DNA from: Antedon mediterranea
Lineage: Eukaryota; Animalia; Echinodermata
Assembly: GCF_964355755.1 (NCBI RefSeq)
Contig: NC_092677.1
Location: forward strand, 13,414,101 to 13,478,100
Reading direction: 5' to 3'
DNA: 64,000 nt
Numbering within the stretch: position 1 is the first letter of the stretch; each line of letters begins with the position of its first letter. The notes beneath the pieces were generated by a model that made no database searches, had not been told where the DNA came from, and saw only the letters and a program-made list of their open reading frames with translations. Position numbers and translations under genes: made by a program. Shown one piece after another: positions 1 through 12,300 of this stretch.

Positions 1-111
1 CTTTTGGGGAGTCAAGACACATGGCTTTAAACGCCACCACAACAATATACATTTATTTTATGTAAGAGCCTTTTTTTAAATAAATTTGATATTATTCTCT
101 ACTCATCATAC

Positions 112-112
112 A

Positions 113-156
<44 letters not shown>
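112..156. repeat. (AAT)n microsatellite
   Basis: Direct read. Confidence 0.95.
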
Positions 157-159
<3 letters not shown>

Positions 160-171
160 TATATCATTCAG

Positions 172-225
172 ATGGTGCACATGGTAGCGGAAGTCGAAGT
201 GGTACAACGGCATCAAGCGAATCAG
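172..225 (+). CDS. Putative 54-nt phase-1 linker micro-exon of DED gene 0 (DGAHGSGSRSGTTASSES)
   Basis: ttcag| acceptor, G|gtgaat donor, length a multiple of 3, open in the phase-1 frame; paralogous to the exon at 1084-1272. Confidence 0.55.
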
Positions 226-1083
226 GTGAATATCATCATCTATATACAAATTAATTACATCTTTTGCGTAAACCTCAAAACCAAACACGTGCTTTTTACT
301 TTCTGGTCTTCGAAAACAATTCGATGCCTGACTCTGGTTGATCCAATATGGCCGATTAACCAGTAAAAAGAACATCGAGATAAATTTCCATTTGCTATAA
401 CGTAAACTGTCTCGTGTACAATTTTTTAAAAATGATTGATTACATCCTTCATACGGTACTTCGTTATTTACACGGGTAAGTCGATTTCTACTCCCCACCA
501 AAGTTTGCGGTAATTGTGCTAAAATTGATTTAATTCAATGCTTTTATTCTATAGGTTTCACAACTCAAAGCGAAGAAACAACACATATACCAGATTTGTT
601 TTTCTATTCAATTCGATTTTTACATTGTTTACATTAGGCCTATGTAGTTCTACAAATTACTATTAATTAATTAACAGTACAGTAATCAAATGCAATAACA
701 TCCAACATCCACTACGATTATCGAGGGCAATGCTTATTGGCTTTTTGTTTCTTTGCCTGAAATTGATTTAATTTAATGTTTACTTACCTGTAAAAATAAT
801 ACTTTTTATACCTGTTTTTTACTCTATTATACTAAGTTGGACTCACTTTTGGAAGCGGTACAGGTAAAGGTGCGCAAATAGCAACGTTTCCAACACAACA
901 ATGTAAGTTAACATGCTCTGAAAATTTAATTTTTAAACATTTATCAAAACCTGATTGAAGGGGATTCTTTTGGGAAGGAAATGTACATGGCCTTAAACGC
1001 CACCCCAAAAATGTACACTTAATTTATAGGAGCCTCTTTTAAAATAAACTTAATATTTTCTACTCATACACTAAAAAAAATAG

Positions 1084-1272
1084 GGCCTAACGAATATTAT
1101 TCTGATGACGACGACTCAGATCATGGTGATGGTGCATATGGTGGCGGAAGTCGAGGTGGCGGTGGTGGAAGTCGAGGTGGCGGAAGTCGAGGTGGTGGAA
1201 GTCGAGGTGGCGGAAGTCGAGGTGGCGGTGGTGGAAGTCGAGGTGGCGGACGCGGTGGTGGTCCAAAATCAG
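1084..1272 (+). CDS. Putative phase-1 linker exon encoding SRGG/RGG repeats (..DDDDSDHGDGAYGGGSRGGGGGSRGGGSRGGG..RGGGPKS)
   Basis: GGTGGCGGAAGTCGA-type repeats; donor TCAG|gtgaat at 1272. Acceptor is either tag| at 1083 (189 nt) or cag| at 1119 (153 nt); both preserve frame. Confidence 0.6.
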
Positions 1273-1857
1273 GTGAATATCATCTATTATAACTTTTGCG
1301 TAAATCTCAAAACCAAACACGTACTTTTCACATTCTGGTCTTCGAAAACAAGTTGATGCCTGACCCTGGTTGATCAAATATGGCCGATAAGTACAGTAAA
1401 AAAGTACACCGAGATAAATTTCTCTGTACAATTTAAAAAGATTGATTGATTATGACTATATTATTTCAATATTATTAATTAACTTAATGTCTGAATGTTA
1501 AGTGATCGTTAAACAATAAAGTTGAGCATTTCCCCACCGGATTCTATTATTCTACTATAATATTCAATTACTTAAGAATATTGGTAATTCTGATGATGAG
1601 AAATGGTTGTAAGCTCAAATTAAAGACTGTTTGGATTCTAATGTCCTGTATATTTAGAATTATATTCGACGATCACATCAAAACCCCTCACCACCCCACC
1701 CCTAATCTCCACTATTATCACACTCCTAATAACAAACAATTATAATCGGTTGAACAATTTCTACTTCATAGAACATATTTGATTTTGCAGGAATGAGCAA
1801 GGCCGTTGATTTCAATCTTCTAAAAACGATTGAACATCTTTTCTAATTTTTTTTCAG

Positions 1858-2345
1858 AAGTGAACGAGGATGATTTCAATCTCCTGAAAATGATTGTGTC
1901 AGAGTATTACGATGACAGGAATTGTCTCATTATGCTGAAGGTGTTGTTTAGAGACCATGTGCCTCAATTCAAATTACAAGAAATGAGATCTACAATAGAT
2001 ATGTTAAACGCGTTAGAGGACTCCGGTGATTTAAGTTCAAAAGACATCTCGATAATATACGACACAATCAACTTGACAAAACAATATGCCTTGAAAGATA
2101 AGATACAGAAAGAATTACCATTTCCCAATGTAAGTGGAATACCAATTACCAACTTCACAGAGTACAGACAGAAGATAATGAAACTTGGAATGGAGATAAA
2201 TAGAAGGGATATACATAGAAGTGATATGTATTCTAACAATCCATACAAGGGATACCAAAGTAGTTGGAGAATGATAGACGATTTAGACGACGGCAACATT
2301 CAAACATTGTTGAGTAAACTGAATATGCTGCATTATTGGAATTAA
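1858..2345 (+). CDS. Terminal exon type B (tandem DED-like pair) of DED gene 0; 5' exons lie partly outside the window
   Basis: tttttcag|AA GTG AAC GAG GAT GAT TTC; protein is a clear paralog of 24571-25106 and 48631-49160 (DDF.LLK.IVS.YYD, LNALE.S.DLSS.DISIIYDTINLT, YRQKIMK.G, SSW.MI.DL); short deletion near the C-terminus relative to the paralogs. Confidence 0.75.
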
Positions 2346-2930
2346 TAATTCAAGATTGGTGAGAATCATTTCCAACCAGTCATCTGTTAATGTCGATTCG
2401 TAACAAACATTACAGTCCTGTCTTACAACCAGAAACTATATAGTTGGTAGTATTACTGAATTACTGAATACTGTTGTATAGATTATGCTCATACATTTCT
2501 AGGTCCATGATTGATAAGTCGGCCTATTTTTAACATCTTTGTTCAGGAAGAAAATATCATGTTTGGTCTTATTTATAAATCATATAAAACCCGTTTTATT
2601 CTTCATGAAGTTTTAGTGATAGCTAGTAGTATTATTTTCGTATACAGTAGGCCTATACGTTGGCATTTCAAACAGTATTTTTAACTAAATGGTCGACATA
2701 TATGTTATGATTTTAATATTCATGTCAAGTGAATAAAAATGTTTCCACTTAAAAAATGTGTGTACACTGTATGCTTGGGAAGTTTGACTTAAGGCAGACG
2801 GTTGGAAGAAAATGGGTATCTTACCTCACCAAAATTTAAGTAAGATAGACAGTATACCATCATCATCCGTTACATGATTCGTCTTGGGTAGACATTGCGT
2901 ACGCTAATCGTTTCCATGACTCTCTTGAGA

Positions 2931-3063
2931 TTCAACTACCATCATTCCCAAAAGTAAAAAAGATCCCGATTTCTACATTTACACCATACAGACAAAACAT
3001 AATGAAATATGGAAGGGGCATAGGCGAACAAGATATAGCCTAACGAAGATTGATGGGTACTAT
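2931..3063 (+). pseudogene. Degenerate fragment of a type-B DED exon
   Basis: tcattcccaaaagta..tacagacaaaacataatgaaatatggaaggggcata..gaagattgatgggtactat aligns with about 24835-24955. Confidence 0.65.
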
Positions 3064-3433
3064 TTATTTTTTTATTATTATATTTATTTTATGGACGGCG
3101 TCCATTATAAAAGCTAAATATCACTGGGCTACTTTATGTTAAATAAAACAAAGTATGAACATTTAAATGAAGCAATGGTTCATTCAAATAAACATAGTAT
3201 TTTGATTCTTTTTTACATGGAAGTAAGTCTCAGTTTCGTCCTTATATAATCCTAAGTGATACTTAAGGAAAGTGAGTCTGGTAAATTGGTGTTTTTTCTG
3301 CTATAGTGAAACATATCGTACCATGTTTCCGCTTACAGATACGTCTATGTTCGTCTACTTTTCAATACAATAACAATACTAAATAGATCCATTCGCTGAT
3401 CCACAGCATTATCATTTTCAGTAGAATTTGCCA

Positions 3434-4741
3434 TCTATATATAAATTTACGTAAGGGCAAAATTCGGTAAATCGCGCCTTACTTCTAGAATGTTTACTCG
3501 ATGGTATATACAGTTGGTTCGTACTTTCGGTACTGATTTTAACCACCTGATGTAACCCTGTTTACTAATTAAATTGAGTTAGATAATTATTTATTGACGA
3601 TTAAAACGAATTTAGGTTCAACGATTTGCCCCAAATAGGGGTGTTTTCCGATCGTGGTATACACTGTCTAATGGATGTCTAACTTGAAAAATACCCGCAC
3701 ACGATAATACGAGGACGCTTCGCATTTTCCTATCTCCTCCTACGATAATTGTTTTTAATAGCTGTAAACCGGTTGAACTGCTCGAGTACAGCATCATAAT
3801 GTTGAAGACAGGCCGATTTTCTTTTAAAAATACTATTTTGATAGATTTAATTTACGTTTTTACAAATGTATTGATTTGCGATGAATGGAACATTCCAATC
3901 TCTCAGTCTGCCAGTTTGGTTTAACACAAGTAGGTAAATTTATGAGCCCTTGGAGAATAAACTTGCAATACTTTGACAATACAGTACTGCAAATACCTAT
4001 TAACCATTTTTGGTCGTCATTTGAATCGAACATTTCTTACTGTGAATACTGTTAGATGTTATATACAAACATTTCTTACTGTGAATACTGTTAGATGTAA
4101 AAAAATATATACAAATAAACTTTATTACTGTGACTGTGGGTAGGCTCTACTGTTGATATATAAACACGTAATATACAAATAAACTTTATTACTGACAGTT
4201 GCTTCTCAACGTTTGCATTAATTAATAATTACAAAAAATATAAACGTCGTAGTGGTGTATCGTTACATGTACTTTACTATTTCAATCGACTATGACAGTG
4301 ACAGTTTTAACAAAGTATTAAATCGCAAATGTCTTACTATATTTAGTCACCGTTAGTGGTATATTATTTATAGGCCTATAAAAAATGAAAACAATATTTC
4401 GTTACTGACGTGGATAAGAATATATTTAAAAATTGTTCCTCTTTGTACCTATCCTCTTTCCCATCCCTCAACCCTAATTGGGTTTCTTTAAATGAATAAA
4501 CAATTTGGACTCATTTTGTGGTAAGTTTTTCTTTCGGAAGTAATTCCCCGGGTGCTAATTTTGGTTGACTACATAAATCATTGTGTCTATTTATTCGTTT
4601 CTGTAAACGACAATGTATTATAGTCCTGCGGTACGTGCATTTGAAATCGCCAGATATTTTACCCTGAAATTACTGTGTATTCGAGAACCATCTGTGAGCA
4701 CGACCTAGATGGTACGCGAGCGAAGCGAGCGTACCATCTAG
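3434..4741 (+). mobile_element. Non-autonomous Helitron-like element, copy 1
   Basis: A|TC start at 3434 and CTAG|T end at 4741 (AT target, no TSD); 13-bp perfect stem ctagatggtacgc/gcgtaccatctag at 4705-4741; near-identical inverted copy at 31309-32662 confirms the boundaries. Confidence 0.85.
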
Positions 4742-5182
4742 TTTGTATAATTATAATAAATTATATATAATGTTTTTATTGAAATTAACAATACGCAGTT
4801 TTTCCTCTAATAAGGATTTTCTTCTCTGAATTATGTTTCAACTAGGCCTATAATCCTTTACATATATTATTGTTAATGTTATAGTATTGGTTTTGGGGTT
4901 GCTTAATCTATTTGTATCTTCATTGCGATCCAGCCGCTGATACCCACAACATTGTCGATTTTCAGTAATTGGCTTCGGATATACAGTATATCATAAATTA
5001 TTTAAATAATGTTTTTATTGAACAATACGCAGTTTTTTATGTAATAAAGATGTGCTTCTCAATTATGTTTCATTTCTTTAATCATTTGCATGTTAATGTT
5101 ATAGTATTGGTTTTGGAATTAATATTAAATTATATTGAAACTGTTTTTTTCTTCCGTTATGAGAATAAATTACAGTTTCATT

Positions 5183-5363
5183 TTGACCTAAAATACAATT
5201 CCTAAAAATAGATCCATCAATCGTAATTATGCATAACAAAGAAAAGACGTGATCACTCGTCGTTTCAGTGACCTGATCTCCGTACTGTGGCAGTTGTAGA
5301 GGGGGAAAGAAAGATTAAAACTAACCCTAGTTTTAATTTTCCTAACTAAAGGAAAGGTAAAAG
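5183..5363 (+). promoter_or_regulatory. Conserved promoter / non-coding first-exon module (putative exon 1 of DED gene 1)
   Basis: ttgacct..aattcctaaaaatagatccat..tatgcataacaaag..gtgacctgatc..tagagggg..aaaag|gtaag; homologous blocks at about 26700, 34612, 40777 and 58543. Confidence 0.65.
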
Positions 5364-6049
5364 GTAAGGATAGTTATTGCATAACATGTTTCAGATGGGT
5401 CCATACCAAAGGAATAATGGCGGATTATTTGATGTTTCAATTCAAAATAGGCTACAGAACATCGCTCATTCCGAACGCGACAAACATGCGAAATAACAAT
5501 ACTATAGGCCTCCTACAATAAAACTTTTATTATCCAAAATTCCAGGGAAATTAATTTCATAACCGTAGTCTTTATATGCATAGTTATCGTTCATCAATTA
5601 TTTACAGTATCGTATTAAATCGTAAGAAATTAGTACTCTACTAGCTAGTCTGTCTTTAATAAATTACACATATTACTATTAGAAAATACAACCTTCGATA
5701 GGCCTCTTATAGAATATGTGCATTCGGTTTGAGCGCCGTGAAGTTGGTTACTTATTCCTTATTCGACATTCGTCAATGGAAGTTGGTTCCTTATTCGACG
5801 TTCGACATTCGCTAGGCTAGGCCAAAATTTCGAAAATGATAATTTCCCAGCGGTAAATATGCCGTGCGCCACCAACCAATCTCCTGCTGGTACTTATTCC
5901 CTATTCGACATTCATTCGTGAAGTTGGTTCCTTATTCGACGTTCGCTAGGCCGCGGCCGACCGGCTGGCCCAAATTCGTACCAAAGTAGACCTAGTGTAG
6001 ATGTACCTATTTTATCACAGATTTACATTTTTTAGTTCCGATATTACGA

Positions 6050-9000
6050 CCATACCAACGCCTCGGGCCGGGTTCACAATAGTATAGATTGACGTAGTAT
6101 GGTCCTGGAATTCCAGAAATGTGCCACTTGCCCCGACCCAGATCGGGCAAGTACGTGTTTTAACGCAATTTCAAATGCGTATTTTTAGCAATAATTTACT
6201 AAGAATTAATAGCACCACTTTTAAAGTGGCCATATGACCACACCCCGACGCCTCGGGCCGGGTACACAATAATATAGATTGACGTAGTATGGTCCTGGCA
6301 TTCCAGAAATGTGCCACTCGCCCCGGCCCAGTGCGGGCAAGTACGGGTTTTAAAGCAATTTAAAATGCGTATTTTTAGTGTTATTTTACTAAGTATTAAT
6401 AGCACCACTTTTAAAGTGGCAATATGACCACACCCCGACGTCTCGGGCCGGCCGCCGGGTACACAATAGTATAGATTGACGTAGTATGGTCCTGGCTTTC
6501 CAGAAATGTGCCACTTGCCCCGGCCCAGTGCGGGCAAGTACGGATTTTAAAGCAATTTAAAATGCGTATTTTTGGCATTAATTTATTAAACACCACTTTT
6601 AAAGTGGCCATATGACCACACCCCGACGCATCGGGCCGGGTACACAATAGTATAGATTGACGTAGTATGGTCCTGGCATTCCAGAAATGTGCCACCTGCC
6701 CCGGCCCAGTGCGTGCAAGTACGTGTTTTAAAGCAATTTCAAATGCGTATTTTTAGCAAAAATTTACTAAGAATTAATAGCACCACTTTTAAAGTGGCCA
6801 TATGACCACACCCCGACGCCTCGGGTCGAGTTCACAATAGTATAGATTGATGTACAATGGTCCTGGCATTCCATAAATGTGCCACTTGCCCCGGCCCAGT
6901 GCGGGCAAGTACGTGTTTAAAAGCAATTTCAAATTCGTATTTTTAGCATTAATTTACTAAGAATTAATAGCACCACTTTTAAAGTGGCCATATGACCACA
7001 CCCCAACGCCTCGGGCCGGGAACACAATAGTATAGATTGACGTAGAATGGTCCTGGCATTCCAGAAATGTGCCACTTGCCCCGGCCCAGTGCGGGCAAGT
7101 ACGGATTTTAAAGCAATTTAAAATGCGTATTTTTAGCATTAATTTAGTAAACACCACTTTGAAAGTGGCCATATGACCACACCCCGACGCCTCGGGCCGG
7201 GTACACAATAGTATAGATTGACTTAGTATGGTCCTGGATTTCCAGAAATGTGCCACTTGCCCCGGCTCAGTGCGGGCAAGTACGTGTTTAAAAGCAATTT
7301 CAAATGCGTATTTTTAGCATTAATTTACTAAGAATTAATAGCACCACATTTAAAGTGGCCATATGACCACACCCCGACGCCTCGGGCCGGGAACACAATA
7401 GTATAGATTAACGTAGTATGGTCCTGGCATTCCAGAAATATGCCACTTGCCCCGGCCCAGTGCGGGCAAGTACGGATTTTAAAGCAATTTAAAATGCGTA
7501 TTTTTAGCATTAATTTAGTAAACACCACTTTTAAAGTGGCCATATGACCACACCCCGACGCCTCGGGCCGGGTACACAATAGTATAGATTGACGTAGTAT
7601 GGTCCTGGCTTTCCAGAAATGTGCCACTTGCCCCGGCCCAGTGCGGGAAAGTACGGATTTTAAAGCAATTTAAAATGCGTGTTTTTAGTGTTATTTTACT
7701 AAGTATTAATAGCACCACTTTTAAAGTGGCAATATGACCACACCCCGACGCCTCGGGCCGGATTCACAATAGTATGGATTGACGTAGAATGGTCCGGACA
7801 TTCCAGAAATGTGCCACTTGCCCCGGCCCAGTGCGGGCAAGTACGGGTTTTAAAGCAATTTAAAATGCGTATTTTTAGTGTTATTTTACTAAGTATTAAT
7901 AGCACCACTTTTAAAGTGGCAATATGACCGCACCCCGACGCCTCGGGCCGGGTACACAATAGTATAGATTGACGTAGTATGGTCCTGGCTTTCCAGAAAT
8001 GTGCCACTTGCCCCGGCCCAGGGCGAGTACGGATTTTAAAGCAATTTAAAATGCGTATTTTTGGCATTAATTTAGTAAACACCACTTTTAAAGTGGCCAT
8101 ATGACCACACCCCGACGCATCGGGCCGGGTACACAATAGTATAGATTGACGTAGTATGGTCCTGACATTCTAGAAATGTGCCACCTGCCCCGGCGGCCCA
8201 GTGCGTGCAAGTACGTGTTTTAAAGCAATTTCAAATGCGTATTTTTAGCAAAAATTTACTAAGAATTAATAGCACCACTTTTAAAGTGGCCATATGACCA
8301 CACCCCGACGCCTCGGGTCGGGTTCACAATAGTATAGATTGATGTAGAATGGTCCTGGCATTCCATAAATGTGCCACTTGCCCCGGCCCAGTGCGGGCAA
8401 GTAAGTGTTTAAAAGCAATTTCAAATGCGTATTTTTAGCATTAATTTACTAAGAATTAATAGCACCACATTTAAAGTGGCCATATGACCACACCCCGACA
8501 CCTCGGGCCGGGAACACAATAGTATAGATTGACGTAGTATGGTCCTGGCATTCCAGAAATATGCCACTTGCCCCGGCCCAGTGCGAGCAAGTACTGATTT
8601 TAAAGCAATTTAAAATGCGTATTTTTAGCATTAGTAAACACCACTTTTAAAGTGGCCATATGACCACACCCCGACGCCTCGGGCCGGGTACACAATAGTA
8701 TAGATTGACGTATTATGGTCCTGGCTTTCCAGAAATGTGCCACTTGCCCCGGCCCAGTGCGGGCAAGTACGTGTTTAAAAGCAATTTCAAATGCGTATTT
8801 TTAGCATTAATTTACTAAGAATTAATAGCACCACATTTAAAGTGGCCATATGACCACACCCCGACGCCTCGGGCCGGGAACACAATAGTATAGATTGACG
8901 TAGTATGGTCCTGGCATTCCAGAAATATGCCACTTGCCCCGGCCTAGTGCGGGCAAGTACGGATTTTAAAGCAATTTAAAATGCGTATTTTTAGCATTAA

Positions 9001-9312
9001 TTTAGTAAACACCACTTTTAAAGTGGCCATATGACCACACCCCGATGCCTCGGGCCGGGTACACAATAGTATAGATTGACGTAGTATGGTCCTGGCTTTC
9101 CAGAAATGTGCCACTTGCCCCGGCCCAGTGCGGGCAAGTACGGATTTTAAAGCAATTTAAAATGCGTATTTTTAGCATTAATTTAGTAAACACCACTTTT
9201 AAAGTGGCCATATGACCACACCCCGATGCCTCGGGCCGGGTACACAATAGTATAGATTGACGTAGTATGGTCCTGGCTTTCCAGAAATGTGCCACTTGCC
9301 CCGGCCCAGTGC
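6050..9312 (-). repeat. Minisatellite array, left arm (about 17-18 units of 181/190 bp)
   Basis: Recurring tttaaagtggccatatgaccacaccccgacgcctcgggccggg..ccagaaatgtgccacttgccccggcccagtgcgggcaagtac. Confidence 0.95.
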
Positions 9313-12300
9313 AAGTGGCATATTTCTGGAATGTCAGGACCATTCTACGTCAATCCATACTATTGTGAACCCGGCCCGAGGCGTCGGGGTGTGGTCATAT
9401 TGCCACTTTAAAAGTAGTGCTGTTAATACTTAGTAAAAAAACACTAAATATACGCATTTTAAATTGCTTTAAAACACGTACTTGTCCGCACTGGGCCGGG
9501 GCAAGTGGCACATTTCTGGAATGCCAGGACAATACTACGTCAATATATACTATTGTGTACCCGGCCCGAGGCGTCGGGGTGCGGTCATATGGCCACTTTA
9601 AAAGTGGTGTTTACTAAATTAATGCTAAAAATACGCATTTTAAATTGCTTTAAAACACGTACTTGCCCGCACTGGGCCGGGGCAAGTGGCATATTTCTGG
9701 AATGCCAGGACCATTCTACGTCAATCTATACTATCGTGAACCCGGCCCGAGGCGTCGGGGTGTGGTCATATGGCCACTTTAAAAGTGGTGCTATTAATTC
9801 TTAGTAATTATTGGTAAAAATACTCATTTGAAATTGCTTTAAAACACGTACTTGCCCGCACTGGGCCGTGGCAGGTGGCACATTTATGGCATGTCAGGAC
9901 CATTCTACATCAATCTATACTATTGTGAACCCGGCCCGAGGCGTCGGGGTGTGGTCATATTGCCATTTTAAAAGTGGTGCTATTAATACTTAGTAAAATA
10001 ACACTAAAAACACGCATTTTAAATTGCTTTAAAATCCGTACTTGCCCGCACTGGGCCGGGGCAAGTGGCACATTTCTGGAATGCCAGGACCATACTACGT
10101 CAATCTATACTATCGTGAACCCGACTCGAGGCGTCGGGGTGTGGTCATATGGCCACTTTAAAAGTGGTGTTTACTAAATTAATGCTAAAAATACGCATTT
10201 TACCCGCACTGGGCCGGGGCAAGTGGCACATTTCTGGAATGCCAGGACCATACTACGTCAACCTATACTATTGTGTACCCGGCCCGAGGCGTCGGAGTGT
10301 GGTCATATGGCCACTTTAAATGTGGTGCTTTTAATTATTCTTAGTAAATTAATGCTAAAAATACGCATTTGAAATTGCTTTTAAACACGTACTTTCCCGC
10401 AATGGGCTGGGGCAAGTGGCACATTTATGGAATGCCAGGACCATTCTACATCAATCTATACTATTGTGAACCCGACCCGAGGCGTCGGGGTGTGGTCATG
10501 GCCACTTTAAAACTGGTGTTTACTATATTAATGCTAAAAATACGCATTTTAAATTGCTTTAAAATCCGTACTTGCCCGCACTGGGCCGTTGCAAGTGGCA
10601 CATTTCTGGAAAGCCAGGACCATACTACGTCAATCTATAATATTGTGTATCCGGCCTGAGGCGTCGGGGTGTGGTCATATGGCCACTTTAAAAGTGGTGC
10701 TATTATAATACTTAGTTAAAATAACACTAAAAATACACATTTTAAATTGCTTTAAAACACGTACTTGCCCGCACTGGGCCGGGACAAGTGGCACATTTCT
10801 GGAATGCCAGGACCATACTACGTCAATCTATATTATCGTGAACCCGACCCGAAGCGTCGGTGTGTGGTCATATTATGGCCACTTTAAAAGTGGTGTTTAC
10901 TAAATTAATGCTAAAAATACGCATTTGAAATTGCTTTTAAACACGTACTTGCCCGCACTGGGCCGGGGCAAGTGGCACATTTCTGGAAAGCCAGGACCAT
11001 ACTGCGTCAATCTATACTATTGTGTACCCGGCCCGAGGCGTCGGGGTGTGGTCATATGGCCACTTTAAAAGTGGTGCTATTAATACTTAGTAAAATAACA
11101 CTAAAAATACGCATTTTAAATTGCTTTAAAACACGTACTTGCCCCCACTGGGCCGGGGCAAGTGGCACATTTCTAGAAAGTCTGGACCTTTCTACGTCAA
11201 TCCATACTATTGTGAACCCGGCCCGAGGCGTCGGGGTGTGGTCATATTGCCACTTTAAAAGTGGTGCTATTAATACTTAGTAAAATAACACTAAAAATAC
11301 GCATTTTAAATTGCTTTAAAATCCGTACTTGCCCGCACTGGGCCGGGGCAAGTGGCATATTTCGGGAATGCCAGGACCATACTACGTTAATCCATACTTG
11401 TGTTCCCGGCCCGAGGCGTCGGGGTGTGGTCATATGGCCACTTTAAATGTGGTGCTATTAATTCTTAGTAAATTAATGCTAAAAATACGCATTTGAAATT
11501 GATTTTAAACACGTACTTGCCCGCACTGGGCCGGGGCAAGTGGCACATTTCTGGAAAGCCAGGACCATACTAAGTCAATCTATACTATTGTGTACCCGGC
11601 CCGAGGCGTCGGGGTGTGGTCATATGGCCACTTTAAAAGTGGTGTTTACTAAATTAATGCTAAAAATACGCATTTTAAATTGCTTTAAAATCCGTACTTG
11701 CCCGCACTGGGCCGGGGCAAGTGGCACATTTCTGGAATGCCAGGACCATTCTACGTCAATCTATACTATTGTGTTCCCGGCCCGAGGCGTTGGGGTGTGG
11801 TCATATGGCCACTTTATAAGTGGTGCTATTAATTCTTAGTAAATAATGCTAAAAATACGCATTTGAAATTGCTTTTAAACACGTACTTGCCCGCACTGGG
11901 CCGGGGCAAGTGGCACATTTCTGGAAAGTCAGGACCATACTACGTCAATCTATACTATTGTGTACCCGGCCCGAGGCGTCGGGGTGTGGTCATATGGCCA
12001 CTTTAAAAGTGGTGTTTACTAAATTATTGCCAAAAATACGCATTTTAAATTGCTTTAAAATCCGTACTCGCCCGCACTGGGCCGGGGCAAGTGGCACATT
12101 TCTAGAAAGTCTGGACCTTTCTACGTCAATCTATATTATTGTGTACCCGGCCCGAGGCGTCGGGGTGTGGTCATATTGCCACTTTAAAAGTGGTGCTATT
12201 AATACTTAGTAAAATAACACTAAAAATACGCATTTTAAATTGCTTTAAAATCCGTACTTGCCCGCACTGGGCCGGGGCAAGTGGCATATTTCTGGAATGC

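Larger units (their letters stand above)
1..1450. repeat. Local tandem duplication (about 1-430 vs about 967-1450), each copy carrying a linker micro-exon
   Basis: Shared blocks: cttttggg..acatggc.ttaaacgccacc, and tcaggtgaatatcatc..ttttgcgtaaa.ctcaaaaccaaacacgt..ttctggtcttcgaaaacaa..gatgcctgac.ctggttgatc.aatatggccgat occur in both copies. Confidence 0.85.

Noticed and set aside
1087-1431. His-rich minus-strand ORF (HLDFRHLDFH) and the VEVEVA plus-strand ORF
   Set aside because: Both are alternative readings of the GGSR repeat; splice phase supports the Gly/Arg frame.
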